Source of the DNA: Laetmonice hystrix
Taxonomy: Eukaryota
NCBI GenBank assembly: GCA_965235115.1
Contig: OZ249436.1
Span: 5,706,001-5,770,000 of the forward strand
Length of the DNA: 64,000 bases
Direction of reading: 5' to 3'
Both the position numbers and the translations under genes were made by a program. The notes beneath the pieces are model-generated. The model worked only from the letters and a program-made list of their open reading frames with translations. It did not search any database and was not told the origin of the DNA. Below, piece by piece: positions 12,802 to 25,396 of the stretch; the stretch's first letter is position 1; each line of letters starts with the position of its first letter.

Positions 12802-15800
12802 TCACAACTTCTTGAACGAAATTTGCAATGCGGTGAGAGCAGTAATAACTAGATATGTGAGTCTCGACTGTGTGCACGTGGTTGCAGTATTGTCAGTGTT
12901 GCAGAAGTCCTTGTTGCAGCAAGACATACATTTCATGTATGTCACGCCATATCCGTTGAACCGACATCCGTAGAGACAGTCGCTTGTACATCCACGTTCA
13001 ATGGATAACACTGCAGTCCACCCGTACAAATCCAAACGGTCAACCTGCCAACAAACAAATAATAACAAGGTTACTCGACTGCCGAACCGTCCTATTTGTC
13101 TACAATAAACTGCTAGCTTATCCATGATGTAAAAATTTGTAGATGTTGACTTTCCTTTATCCTCTGACTAATGTATAGATATTGCTGTTATTATTTGTTG
13201 ATTACACAGTTAACAGTTGCATTACGACGTCGGTATGGAATAAGGAATGCTGTTAACGTTATGTTTCTGGAGCAAGGAACTTCATGATGACAAATGAGTC
13301 TCAGGCAGCAGTAATCGAGACCCAGGTGGCGCCACCAGGCCGGACAGTAATTTACATAGCCTATCGTAGCGGAAATGGAGACAGGAGAGAGACGATAACA
13401 CCATAGATTGTACCAGTAATTAGGTTGGGTGGATTGGTATTTTCTCATCGCGAGGCTCACAAGGATGGCTACTATGACAACACAGGTTGATTTAAGCATT
13501 GGTAATTGGGAGAAAATAATTTACGGTCTACGCACTCATCTTACACATTACCCTAGACGTCGGTCGGGTTCCATGGAAAGTGCTTTTGGATGAAATGACA
13601 AGTATCCATATCGAATGAACCGTATTTTGTGTGAGAGTCACCATCTGTACAGCTACTCATGTGTGGAAGCCATATAGGCAAGAATATCTACGAATGTTAA
13701 TCCGAGTAAAGTTGTGTCGAGTTAAAAAGAGAAACAAATTAAAAACCATCTAAAAATAAGCGCAATATGATAAGGCCCCAGAGATTTCATTTTGGTGTAA
13801 CGAACTGGTGCTACTGGAGAGCGTATGAAAGGCTCGGTGATGAGGAAAACTCAGGTTTTGTATTGAGACACTGGCTGTAACCTATACTAGGAAGCGTATG
13901 AAAGGCTCGGTAATGATGGAAACTCAGGTTTTGTATTCAGACACTGGCTGTGACCTACACTGGGCAGCGTATGAAAGGCTCGGTAATGATGTAAACTCAG
14001 GTTTTGTATTCAGACACTGGCTGTGACCTACACTGGGCAGCGTACGAAAGGCTCGATAATGATGGAAACTCAGGTTTCGTATTCAGACACTGGCTGTAAC
14101 CTATACTGGGCAGCGTATGAAAGGCTCGGTGATGAGGAAAACTCAGGTTTTGTATTCAGACACTGGCTGTGACCTGTACGCACTATAGCCGCTGCCACAC
14201 AACATTTTAGAGGTATGTATAGAGATGGCGAGTAGATTTCTGGTGCTAACAAGCCGTTTTTGCTGCTGATTGTTCGGTGTGGGATTCCGTAGTATTTCTT
14301 TTAGATCAGGAAGCAGCGCGTCTCCCGGAGGACTCCGATAACCTGGATGATTCGACCCAGGCCCACTCTTTATCTTCGAGCCTCGCGTTCAGTCAAATAG
14401 AAACTAGATCCTGGCCGTCTCAAACACATCTACGCGGACAAAATGAACGTCTTTAAAAGATATCTCCTGTGTTTCTGTGTCGTATAGTCTACGTAACGAA
14501 GTAAGACACAGGGCCCAAGGATCTGCCCTATATAAATTAGCTTTGCCTTCAAAGCTTCATCCACATAAACAGAACACATAGCTTTAATCCAGCCTATTTG
14601 TATGTATACTTACCTATACCTACTTGCAGCCAAGCATCCATACACACATGCATTACTTACTTCGGTATGTGTGGAATATAGGTCTTGACCTCATAATACG
14701 TATTGACATCAAATCTACGTCAACGAAAACCCCACGCAAATAAAAAAAAACCCTTTCTGTCCGGTCCTTAGAACCTCTTTGAATAAATCCTCGGATTGCA
14801 AGAAGGTATTTATTTCGAAGTGGAAGCGAGAAAGGAGTTGAGTGTATCTTTATCCCCGAATCTTTCCAGAAGCCACGTCATCTTATGGCTTCCACAGTCC
14901 CACAACAATCCTTCATGGCTCTCCCGCCAGGGGGCGCTCTCCGTCTATGATTGAACCATGTGCGGACCCTATTGCACAGTTCAATGCATCACGACGCCCG
15001 GCCAGTCTGCCTGAATTCACGCCCAGGGGAGCGTCACTCCCCTATTTCTCGCCAGGATGTAGAAAAACGGGCACCCAAGATATCAATATGTCACTAGGCA
15101 TGAAGCTAAATCAAAGCACACTCTTGTGTTGTAATGTAGCGCTGAAAAAAGGCATAGGTTATGTAGGCCTAAATTGTACACGTGAGTTGAGCCTAAATTA
15201 GTTAGACAAGACAGTGCAAACCCTAGGGCAGCTCCCAGCTTCTCTCCTGCCTAAACAGGAGCGAAGCGGAGAATTACCCTTGGGTTTGCATTTGTCTAAC
15301 TAGGCCTAGATTTGATTTCTACATTTAGCATTTAAGTAGGTGCAAATTGTAGGCCTATAGGTTAGATATCACTATGTGGCGATTTAAGTATAAATGACCC
15401 ATAATACATGTATTATGGATGTATCTACTGGTAACCGCACATCCTACATAATAAAGAAGCTATACTAAAATTGTCTAAAGTGTTGGAAGGTGACTGCGTC
15501 AAGGGAAACATACATCGTGCATACAGACACACACACACTAAACACCAGATGGCGCGGGTGTAGGTGGTCCATCTCGGACGCCGAAGGGTGGTCCACAATT
15601 GGTGACAGATGGGTGGAGGTGTGGGTAAAGAAATGAAGAATTTAAACCGGGAGACCGGGGTGAGGTTGGTGACAGGACGGTCCTGCCATACTCACATGGT
15701 TCACGTGGTCGTGTGCTTGGAGGGCATGCACGCAGGGCAGGATGGCCGTCATGTTTAAATGACGTCGTTGGTATACATGCAGACACATGCATGCATGCTC

Positions 15801-17092
15801 CTTGGTCTAAAGAACACTGGTATGTTTTTTTACCCGTGTGGTCTATCCGTAAAGACACCACAGTATCACATAACAGACTACACACCATTCAAAGATAATT
15901 ATGAAACTCATTTTCATTAATTATAAACTTTGCTTTATCTATAACTATTAACTACTAACTATTAAAATCAAATATGTTTACCTAGGACTTCTCATGGGTT
16001 CACTGGTCAAATTTACACCGTATGTTAATATAAAGGAACTATATATTTCAGTGGGGGATTCGGGGGCCTAAGGGGCCCGGGCCCCCCTTAGATTTTCCTT
16101 CTTTTTTTTGTGGATGAATATGCATTAGTACAGTCAAAATCAAGAGCCGAGCATAGCGAGGCAAAAATTATTAGGTGGGCTCCCCTTATCAAAATCCTGG
16201 TGCCCCCCCCCCTAAACAAAAACCTGGATCCCCCATTGTATTTGGTATAGGAAAAGTAGGGGAACATGCAGTGCTCTGCATCCCCTCGATTCTATGGGCC
16301 TACGCTTTATATTGCCAGTGGTGCTGGCAGTTTTACTGATTTACCCAGAGAAGTCCCATGTATATAGGCCTATAACTTGGTTTATTATATAGGGCATATA
16401 CTGTTAATATCGACTATTGACTTCAGTTTTGGGGAAGCACTGTGGAGTTAACCTACTGTTGCATGTAATATTCTTCTATTTCAAAGTAACATAGCCCGAT
16501 CTTTTAACTATATAGCTACTTGTTGAATATTGTAGGCCGCTAATCTCATTTGACAAAAGTCGTTCAATAATTCAATGAAAAGCAATACACTGATCTCGCG
16601 GCCTGTTGCTTCTTTTCATCGGACTATGCAACTTTCAATTCCTATGGGAAAGCTACCTCATCATTCTAGATTATCCATTCCATTATAGAGATCAGGTTTG
16701 ATGGTAAATCTAGCATCATGCACAGATTGTAAAAGGACGTGCTTTAAAAGGGCTGAGATCAAATCGTGCTTCCCGTCGATGACCTAGAGCAGTGGTAACA
16801 TGCAGTAAGGGCCTCACCTTGCAGTACTTGTGCTGGGGCCCACACACCCGGATGCTGACCGTGGTGACGTTATTTTTACACGGAGATTTGAAGGGGTCGT
16901 ACGTGTTCTTGTAGGTTTCCTTACACTCGTAACAGCGGAGGAAGTTTGGGTGAACCTCAATGCCGACACCCTCTAGGTCCTTCTTCAGACTATCGGGAAC
17001 GGGAGCGTTGGTAGTCAGGTCAGAGGTCACCCCGGTCATCGTCGTGTTGTCCTCGACCGAGGCTGCTTCCAGATGGGGCACAGCCAAAAACA
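12802..17092 (-). CDS. GPI-anchored Ly6/uPAR three-finger protein (12-Cys LYPD6/quiver-like); first exon not located
   Basis: Exon 17092-16818 (tttgtgcag| ... TGCAAG|gtgagg) encodes FLAVPHLEAAS..PNFLRCYECKETYKNTYDPFKSPCKNNVTTVSIRVCGPQHKYCK. It joins in phase 0 to exon 13044-12802 (ttggcag|) encoding VDRLDLYGWTAVLSIERGCTSDCLYGCRFNGYGVTYMKCMSCCNKDFCNTDN plus a hydrophobic tail. Confidence 0.88.
13821..14175. repeat. 73-bp tandem repeat, about 5 copies (intronic)
   Basis: GCGTATGAAAGGCTCGGT(G/A)ATGA..AACTCAGGTTTTGTATTCAGACACTGGCTGT.ACCTA.ACT.GG.A starting at 13821, 13894, 13967, 14040 and 14113. Confidence 0.93.
15199..15302. mobile_element. Small foldback/MITE remnant
   Basis: TAGTTAGACAA..TGCAAACCC versus GGGTTTGCATTTGTCTAACTA inverted ends. 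Confidence 0.5.
16049..16238. mobile_element. MITE, 5-bp TSD
   Basis: CAGTGGGGGATT ... GATCCCCCATTG; perfect TSD TATTT (16044-16048, 16239-16243). Confidence 0.8.
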
Positions 17093-17396
17093 CTGCACAA
17101 AGACACAATAACTTAATAGATAGACCTCAAGTACATGTGATATTGTTATATTTTAACCAATCACTGTAGGGCATCAGGTCAGGACCTAACAGAAAATGTC
17201 TACCGGGACGTTCAGTATGTCATTCGATCGCCTTTGAGACAAATTTTCATTGGTTCAAAAGGCACTAGCTTGTCATAAAGGACATTCTAGGATTAATATT
17301 ATTTGGGGCTATGTCACATGCTTCTGTATAAGTTAGGTCGTATTTAACGGTCCGGAACACACGGGTGGGTAGATTACTGTAAAACGAACCAGAATA

Positions 17397-17642
17397 CAGA
17401 CCCGGATCTAGGGGAGAGGGCAAGGGGGCCATCCCCCCTGAGGGATGAAGAAAATGTTTTTTGGGCTCTCTCATTAGGCTTCTTCAGCCTACGGTGCGAG
17501 AAAATTTCACTGACGTCTTAATTTGGCGCAAAAACGTTTTGCGCGAAAAGTGCGAAATTAAAACCACCGTGGAAAACCCCCCGAAATACGGTATTGTAAC
17601 CCCCCCCCCCCCCTCCTCAAGGAAATCCTGGATCTGGGCCTG
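17397..17642. mobile_element. MITE, degenerate 5-bp TSD
   Basis: CAGACCCGGATCTAGG ... CCTGGATCTGGGCCTG; flanks GAATA/GAGTA. Confidence 0.7.
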
Positions 17643-17706
17643 GAGTATCGACCTTCTGCGTTGTTTGCGCATGCAATGTTTGTCGACTTTCGTTCTATCG
17701 ACACAG

Positions 17707-19565
17707 TTTTTTTTTTTTTTTTTTTAAACAAGATGATCTTTATTGAAGAAGATATACACAAGGCTATAAGCCTGTTTCCTGGTAAACCTCCTACAATAGT
17801 CACGCGTTTCCCTAATACCTTATCCTCGATACTATCTATTACATAGGTATGATAGAAGAGTGAGATGATAATGAGATGTGTGGGTGATTATAGCATCTGT
17901 ACAGGGGGGAAATGCCATGATACACATAAATTACATGTCAACTTAATAGGGCCAATACAGGGGACAAACATACACATTCCTTCAATCTACAATACAGTTC
18001 TTTGTTTTGGATTTAAAAAGTTTATATGATGCACATACTTGGTGTTCCATACTTAGGCTATTCCAAAGTTTAGAGCCTTTGTACACCAAGGAGTCTTTGA
18101 ACTTTTCTAAATTAGGTTTAGTCACTACCATGAGCTTTTTCCTATGCTCTCTAGTTATTAGGTTTCTATTGTCTATATAGTGGGGGTCCGATGATCTTTT
18201 AAACATAAAGTTCGCAAGATGCTGTTTTCTTCTAGTAATTAGCTTACAGAGATTTAACTTTTCATGCAATTCATCAGTGGAAAGATGTTTTTGGTTGACA
18301 CCAGCTATGCATCTAAGAGACCGATTTTGGATCCTTTGTAACTTATCGAGTTTGTTTTGTGAACATGCCTCATAGAAGATGTCTGCATAGTCAAAGTATG
18401 GTAAAATCATTGTTTTATAGACTCTTTCGGCAGCAGCCTGAGTTAACAGTCGACGTAGCCTAGTTAGCATAAATAGTTTGTGACTTATGGTTTTTACCAT
18501 ATTTTTAAGATGGTTTTCAAAATTAAGTGTGCTGTCAAGAGTAAGTCCCAGGTACTTATACGAGTCTACTATAGCGAGTCGCTCATTGCCTAATGTCAGA
18601 TTGATTGGCGGAAGCCTTTTCTTTCTTTGTTTAGTAGTGAAGATCATAGCTTTAGTTTTTTTAACATTGATCGTTAATTTATTCAGGTTGCACCAATGCA
18701 TTAAACGGTCAAGGTCATCTTGAAGGCTCTGAACCGCACAATATACATTACTGTGTTTTTGGTAGACAGTTGTGTCATCAGCATATAATTGCGAACGTCC
18801 GTTTTGAATACAGTCTGGTAAATCATTCACGTACAATAGAAAAATAGCGGACCGAGAACAGAGCCTTGGGGGACCCCAAACGTGATGTTTGCAGTATCTG
18901 ACATAACATTATTTGCCAAGGTCTGTTGTTTCCTGTTGGATAGATAGTTAGTTATTAGGTTAAGGTTTATATTCCTAATACCAAGTAAGTCTAGTTTCCT
19001 GAGAAGAATTTCGTGATCAACCGTATCAAAAGCTTTTTTAAAATCAATAAAGACTGCCACAGTAATTTCTTGATTATTCATAGCTTCGTATATGTCATCA
19101 GTTAAGTCCGCTATTTTTCTAGTGGTTGAAAAACCAGGCCTAAAACCACCTTGTTTTTCAGATATTAGGTTATTTTCTGTGAGAAAAAGCATTAAATTTG
19201 CATGGATTACCCTTTCTAACATCTTCCCTGGCAGAGGAAGTAACGAGATTGGCCTTAGGTTTCCCACATCCGACTTATCACCATCTTTTTGTAGTGGAAT
19301 GACTGTAGCAACCTTCCAGCTATCAGGAAATAATCCATGTGTAAGGCATAGATTGAACAAGTGTGTGAGTTGAGGTATTAGGATTAGGAATGCGGGTTTG
19401 ATAATTTTCGATGAAATGTTCTTAATAGCAGAGGATTTGTATATGTTAATTTCTTTAACTAGCTTCTTAACCTCCTCTTCAGTGGTAACCATAGTTGGCA
19501 GTTCTAGGTTTGACCTGACCATATCCGTATCCCAGGGTTCTCTGAAGTGCTGGGCAAGGGCAAGC
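17707..19565 (-). mobile_element. 5'-truncated non-LTR retrotransposon (CR1/L2-group LINE) with frameshifted reverse transcriptase
   Basis: RT motifs NLRPISLLPLPGKMLE, QGGFRPG, FIDFKKAFDTVDH, GVPQGSVLGPL, then after a frameshift near 18836 YVNDL, LYADDT, YKYLGL. It has a 3' UTR, AATAAA (tttatt at 17739-17744) and a poly(A) tail (T-run 17707-17725). No endonuclease or ORF1. Confidence 0.93.
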
Positions 19566-19958
19566 TGGGCTGGGCACAGTCTGCCTGATAAAACCCCAGA
19601 AAACCCCTGCGTAAGATTACAATGGTCAGCCCCTGTTTCTGTGAGTCGATTTACAAACCTCCCTTTAAAATCGGCACCAACCCGCTGATCATGTTGGCAC
19701 TTTAAGATTGCCATCATATTGTAAACAAATGGAATTGCCTTGGACCATTTCAAATAATGATGTTATAGAACGTGAGGACTGAGCAAGCCCGCCTCCCATT
19801 CCCGCCAGACATCGCGAGGATTGCATTCCCTGTGAAGCACGTCCTCGGAATTCTGAGGGAATTAGGCTATGGGATTCTAAACTGTCCTAACGAATTATAC
19901 TTGACCGGCCTTCGTATCCAAATTGTTTTCTAATACATAGAATATTATTCAAATATAG

Positions 19959-21430
19959 CAGGGGCGCCGCTGCCGGGGGGGGGGGCGGGGGGAACATGTC
20001 CCCCCCCCCCCACTTTTGCTGGCGACCTAAAAAGGTCAAAGGCTCCTTGAAGTTGAAGCTAGGCCTAATGCTAATAGATAGATCTACAGGTTTTCTTATA
20101 CTCCCTATGCCTAGCTTTTTAAGGTGACTTGCCCATGGGAGGCAAATTAAAGATAGATTTTTATCATTTTTAATCTTGGCCTTCGCAGGCCTAAGCCTAT
20201 GTCATGTGTTTAGGAGATAGGTCTATGCTTTGCTGTTCTATAATTAATATGGGCCTAACCGCGGCCTAGATCCCCTGCAGCTTCCCTGTGTACCTTAGTC
20301 CTACCACACTGGCGGATCCAGGGTAGGGGGTCACATAGGGTCTGGACCCCCCTAAAATATATATATTTCATGGCGCCTCACGGCATTGTAGGGCTACATA
20401 AGACTTTTGACATCATTGGTCTTTAAATAGCTTTGTGCTCCAAAATGCATCAGATTTCACCAAATTACACCTTGAATTTGAGAAATTTCCGGGGGGCATG
20501 CCCCCGGACCCCCTAGTAAGGCTTTGTGCCTTCGGCGCTCGTACAGTCACACCGGTTGCGTCCCTAAAAACGTTGGCCCCCTACTTGAAAAAGCTGGACC
20601 TGCCCCTGTACCGTCTCTTGCTTAGCTCATAGACCTGAATATTCAGGTCAATCTTAAGCTCTAGGAAATCTAGGCCACGCTTTCATTATTGTCTGACAGC
20701 GTTAGGCCTGCGGCCGTCAACATTTTTCACCCCCATGTTGGGCCTTCCTATTTGATTTTGAAGAAAAAGACCTCATGCGTGAATGTATTCAAATAATGAG
20801 TGAGGTTTACCAATTTTTACTAGGCCTAGTGTGGTAGAATAGAAAGTGGCAAGTAGGATGGGGACGGTCTCTAATCTGTTTTATTTGGTAAAAGTGTGTT
20901 TTAGGCCTAGGCCTAATCGTCAACTTTTTTGGTTTCTGATAAATATTGCTTGATACTGTTTTTTGTGATGTCAACGGCCAGGTGGGGCCCACCTAAAAAA
21001 GATTTTTAGCCTCGCTACGCTCGGCATGATTTCCTTGTAACTCTAGGTACTAATATTATAATACATCTTCATACAAAAAAGGAAGATCTAAGGGGAGGCA
21101 AGCCCCCTGATTAATCCCTCACTGATTAATACATTAATCTTGAGCAAAAGGTCGGCACCGAAAGCTCTTTAGTTTGATGCTGAGAAGCCGGGAAATAGCA
21201 CCGATGGCCTTTTATATTCCCAAAGCCGGCCCCCCCCCCTTCGGCGCGTGGCACCTTCTGACCACCCCCCCCCCCCGCCCCCCCAAAGAAAATCCTGGGT
21301 CCGCCCTTTGGGGAGGAGGGGGGTGAATACACTGTTATTTTGCAATTCTTATGGTACATAAATCTCAGGGGAAAAGGTCAAACACACCAAGATTGTCCCC
21401 CCCACTTTGAAATAGGCAGCGGCGCCCCTG
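19959..21430. mobile_element. 1.47-kb non-autonomous DNA transposon, 5-bp TSD, carrying a nested MITE
   Basis: Perfect 16-bp TIR CAGGGGCGCCGCTGCC / GGCAGCGGCGCCCCTG; TSD TATAG (19954-19958, 21431-21435). Confidence 0.88.
20307..20608. mobile_element. Nested MITE (same family as 47834-48290)
   Basis: CACTGGCGGATCCAGG ... GCTGGACCTGCCCCTG; flanks TACCA/TACCG; internal TGTGCTCCAAAATGCATC..AAATTACACCTTGAATTT shared with the copy at about 48083-48130. Confidence 0.8.
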
Positions 21431-22445
21431 TATAGGTCACCCTTTGTCCATGTTAGGGAGGCATGGTGTCCCCCTTCCACACACCCCCCCCCCTTCCTAC
21501 GCCACACACCAGACGCTAATGACCACACCCTAATGAATTAAAGAAGTATACGTTACCAAGCAACAGAATCCCCGTTGTTACAGTAGTCCCCAGGTTTTTT
21601 AGCGCACAGGTGATTGATTCCATCATAAATATTATCGCGTCGGGGGTTTTTTTTGGTTCACTGTGTCTGCATTATCGTCCAGTTATGCTGGAGTCAGATT
21701 TGGTTATTGTCTCCGTGACTGACCATGTCTTCAACGACTGAAAAAATGTTGCCTGAGACCGCATCCAACCACTTCTGTCCTGCCAACTTGTCCGACATTG
21801 CATATAGCGACCTTAACGAGGCACACTGCATAAATACGTAGGGGTAAGCTTGGGTGCTTATCGATTGATCACTTTCCAATAATCACACCTCGAAATACCA
21901 GTCCTGAAATGGCGCAGATTCACTAAATGTTATCGATTCCATTGGTCACCATGGTTTCAGCGCACACGATAACTACGTCCTGCGTTCCGAGCCAGTGGCT
22001 TGACGCTCAGCGTCACTCTTCCACAGCCTGCATGCCAAAGTACACGGTATTGGCCCCGATTTATATCGATTGTCTACATAATGATAGATTATAGCCCGAT
22101 AATGTAAACTGTGCAGGAGGTTGCCATGACAGCAGCGCCTGGAAAAAATATGTCACTCTATAGGGCTAGAGAATTTTACATTTTTTTTCTGATTTCAGCA
22201 CGAGTAGGCCAACATTGCCTTAAGGGAACATACAACCAGACTTACAACAACCGGACATACAACCGGACATACAAATCTTTTTAGACATTTCTAGAGGCTG
22301 AGATTAGAATAAATGGATTTTTTTTAAATAGAGAAACTGGAAGGATAAAAAAGAGAAAGAGTGACGATTATTAGAAATATGCCCTGGGTCAAATATGAAT
22401 TTGACCTAGGTGAGTTGCTCAAATACATTTTCTTGACTATAATTG

Positions 22446-22452
22446 AGAGACA

Positions 22453-22505
<53 letters not shown>

Positions 22506-22542
22506 CAGCTCTAGACAGACACACACACACACACACACACAC
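22446..22542. repeat. Compound (GA)n-(CA)n microsatellite
   Basis: Directly visible. Confidence 0.95.
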
Positions 22543-23775
22543 AACCAAATACACACATCCCTCCCTCCCTCCTACATACATACATACCCACATACATCCC
22601 TATATAGGCCCTACATACAGATAAACAGATAAAGAATGCAATGTAGGCCTATGTTAATTACAACTTGGCGCCAACAAAAGGCGGCAACCCTCCATCTAAA
22701 CCCCCAAAAAGAAGACCACGCAGTGACCTGTAACCTATGGAGCAACTTTTATGACATCGTCACCACCTGCTAACAACACTAACTTGGTGATTGGTCTAAC
22801 CATCACCGTTCACCTTGTTCTAACCTTAGTACTTCTCACTAACTCATCACGACCACTTTTTACCTTAAGAACCACGGTCAGAGGCCAACACCCACGTGGA
22901 ACATTTGCATCCACGACCAGAACTAGGCCCCCCTTTCTACCCTTACATTACGAGTGCTCTGAAGCCATTTCGAGCGTTTCGTAACAAGTAGGCCTATTGT
23001 TTCGTCCACCGTTTCCAAAACGTATGGACTATCTGTTGTAGGTACGTGTTTCCACCGTTTACGGTATACCACCTACTTGACCAGCTTCCAGTGGTAGGCA
23101 ATCGTTACCACCCAGAATAAGGAGATGGTTGGGTGTTAACGCATTACCATCACATATTCTCCCATGAGACATATTTTATTTTTATTGCAATATTCACTTT
23201 CATGTCGTTTTTTTTCGCATTTGTACCCCAACGTCGCGGTTTCGGTCGCCATTTTGTTGGGGGCTATAAAGGACGGCAGTTGGTAAACATTCCCAATTGG
23301 AGTCAATGGAGCGTGTCCCATACCAGAGTGACCATTGTCCAGGGCCATTGGCCCGCAAAATTTAGATCTACACGCGCTGTGCAAAAGCAATGGGGATTGA
23401 CATGAAAACTGCCTGGCCCGTGATCCCGCCACTATTGTTATGGAGTCCTTGCTTGAAAGTGGTATTTGCACGTCGTGTGGAATGGCACAAGACGCCTACT
23501 GACTTATGTATAGGCCCCTACGTAGGCTTATATTTAGAGTGTTAAATAAACATAGGCCTATATATGTCTGATCATTTCGAAGCATTTCCGTGTGCAACCG
23601 CATCTGCCCGTCGGTAGCAGTACCCAGCTGTACCTCTTCATTTAGGGGAACAATGGTGCTCAAGTGCTAACCCGTTCAGCGCTGTGTGACGTATAGACCA
23701 CTCTATAGGTGTTTCCATTAACGCGGCTGCGGTCCGGGCACGGGTACGGCTGATAAGACACGTCGTTGTTTTTAA

Positions 23776-24095
23776 AGTCCAACAGACATCAAAATTTACA
23801 TGAAATTTAAGGCCAGATCCTGATGATACATGTAATTTGTTGTTGTTTAACTTAAAGGAGCGGTTATTGTACAAGAATATGAACTGTGTGTAAGCCGTTT
23901 TAAAGACCAATTCCCCTAGTGACGTCATCAGGGGCAATGGTAAGTGGGAGTGAGACTGTGATGTGGCACGTGATTCGAATTTTCAATATTTTTCTAAATT
24001 GAGAGGACTTCTCAGAAAACCTATCAGGGATACGGCTACAACTCAAAGTGATCTATCTAGATCAGTAAAGTTACCTATGTGATGTCAGTTGCACT
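23776..24095. mobile_element. Kolobok-like non-autonomous element (TTAA TSD)
   Basis: TIR AGTCCAACAGACATCA / TGATGTCAGTTGCACT (14/16); TTAA at 23772-23775 and 24096-24099; AG..CT termini. Confidence 0.75.
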
Positions 24096-24099
24096 TTAA

Positions 24100-24557
24100 A
24101 GCGGTGTTTCCATTAACGCGGCTGCGTTCCGGCTGCGGTCCGGGCACGGGTACGGCTGATATCGCACGTCGTTGTTTTTAATGTAAGTGTTTCCATTAAT
24201 GCGATCTCCGTACGGGGCCCGTACGGGCGTCGCATGCGGCTGTTCCCGATCGCGTCATGGAGCGATTCGAGAACAGCCGCAGATGAGCCGCATGAGGGAT
24301 CCCCTTGATCCTAGGTGGTCACGTGCATGTTGTTCACTCAAAAAATGGATGACACCATGCCTCACGTTGTCAGCAAGCAAGATATCCAAAAACTTAACGA
24401 AAAACTTATCGATCCGGCAGGTGTACGGCCTATGACCTGATACCAACAACATTGAGACGCAGCCGGGACGCACCTTTAAAAACAACGACGTGTCTTATCA
24501 GCCGTACCCGTGCCCGCACCGCAGCCGGGCCGCAGCCGCGTTAATGGAAACACCGCT
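24100..24557. mobile_element. Harbinger-like MITE copy inserted in inverted orientation into its own family member
   Basis: About 80-bp TIRs AGCGGTGTTTCCATTAACGCGGCTGCG..; TAA on both sides. Confidence 0.85.
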
Positions 24558-24939
24558 TAAAGGTGCGTCCCGGCTGCGTCTCAATGTTGTTGGTATAAGG
24601 TCATAGGCCATACACCTGCCGAATCGATAAATTTTTCGTTAAGTTTTTCGATATCTTGCTTGCTGACCATGTGAGGCATGGTGTTATCCATTTTTTGAGT
24701 GAAGAACATGCACGTGAACACCTAGGATCAAGGGGATCCCTCATGCGGCTCATCTGCGGCTGTGCTCGAATCGCTCCATGACGCGATCGGGAAGAGCCGC
24801 ATGCGACGCCCGGACGGGCGCCGTACGGAGATCGCATTAATGGAAACACTTATATTAAAAACAACGACGTGCGATATCAGCCGTACCCGTGCCCGGACCG
24901 CAGCCGGGCCGCAGCCGCGTTAATGGAAACACCGCTTTA

Positions 24940-25396
24940 ACCGGTGTTTCCATTAACGCGGCTGCGGCCCGGCTGCGGTGCGGGCACTGTACGGCTGATA
25001 AGACACGTCGTTGTTTTTAAAGGTGCGTCCCGGCTGCGTCTCAATGTTGTTGGTATAAGGTCATAGGCCATACACCTGCCGAATCGATAAGTTTTTCGAT
25101 AAGTTTTTCGATATCTTCCTCGCTGACCACGTGAGGTATGGTGCCATCCATTTTTTAAGTGAAGAACATGTACGGAACCACCTAGGATCAAGGGGATCCC
25201 TCATGCGGCTCATCTGCGGCTGTGCTCGAATCGCTCCATGACGCGATCGGGAAGAGCCGCATCCGACGCCCGGACGGGCGCCGTACGGAGATCGCATTAA
25301 TGGAAACACTTACATTAAAAACAACGACGTGCGATATCAGCCGTACCCGTGCCCGGACCGCAGCCGGACCGCAGCCGCGTTAATGGAAACACCGCT
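24940..25396. mobile_element. Harbinger-like MITE copy (intact)
   Basis: Same about 457-bp element, flanked by TTA on both sides (24937-24939, 25397-25399). Confidence 0.85.

Larger units (their letters stand above)
23707..24936. mobile_element. Harbinger-like palindromic MITE (host copy) split by two nested insertions
   Basis: Left arm 23707-23775 (GGTGTTTCCATTAACGCGGCTGCGG..GTCGTTGTTTTTAA) resumes at 24561 (AGGTGCGTCCCGG) and ends CACCGCT at 24936. The joined sequence matches the intact copy at 24940-25396. Confidence 0.8.

Noticed and set aside
19566..19753. N-terminal part of the 308-aa RT ORF
   Set aside because: Does not resemble LINE ORF2; probably flanking DNA read through beyond the 5' truncation point.
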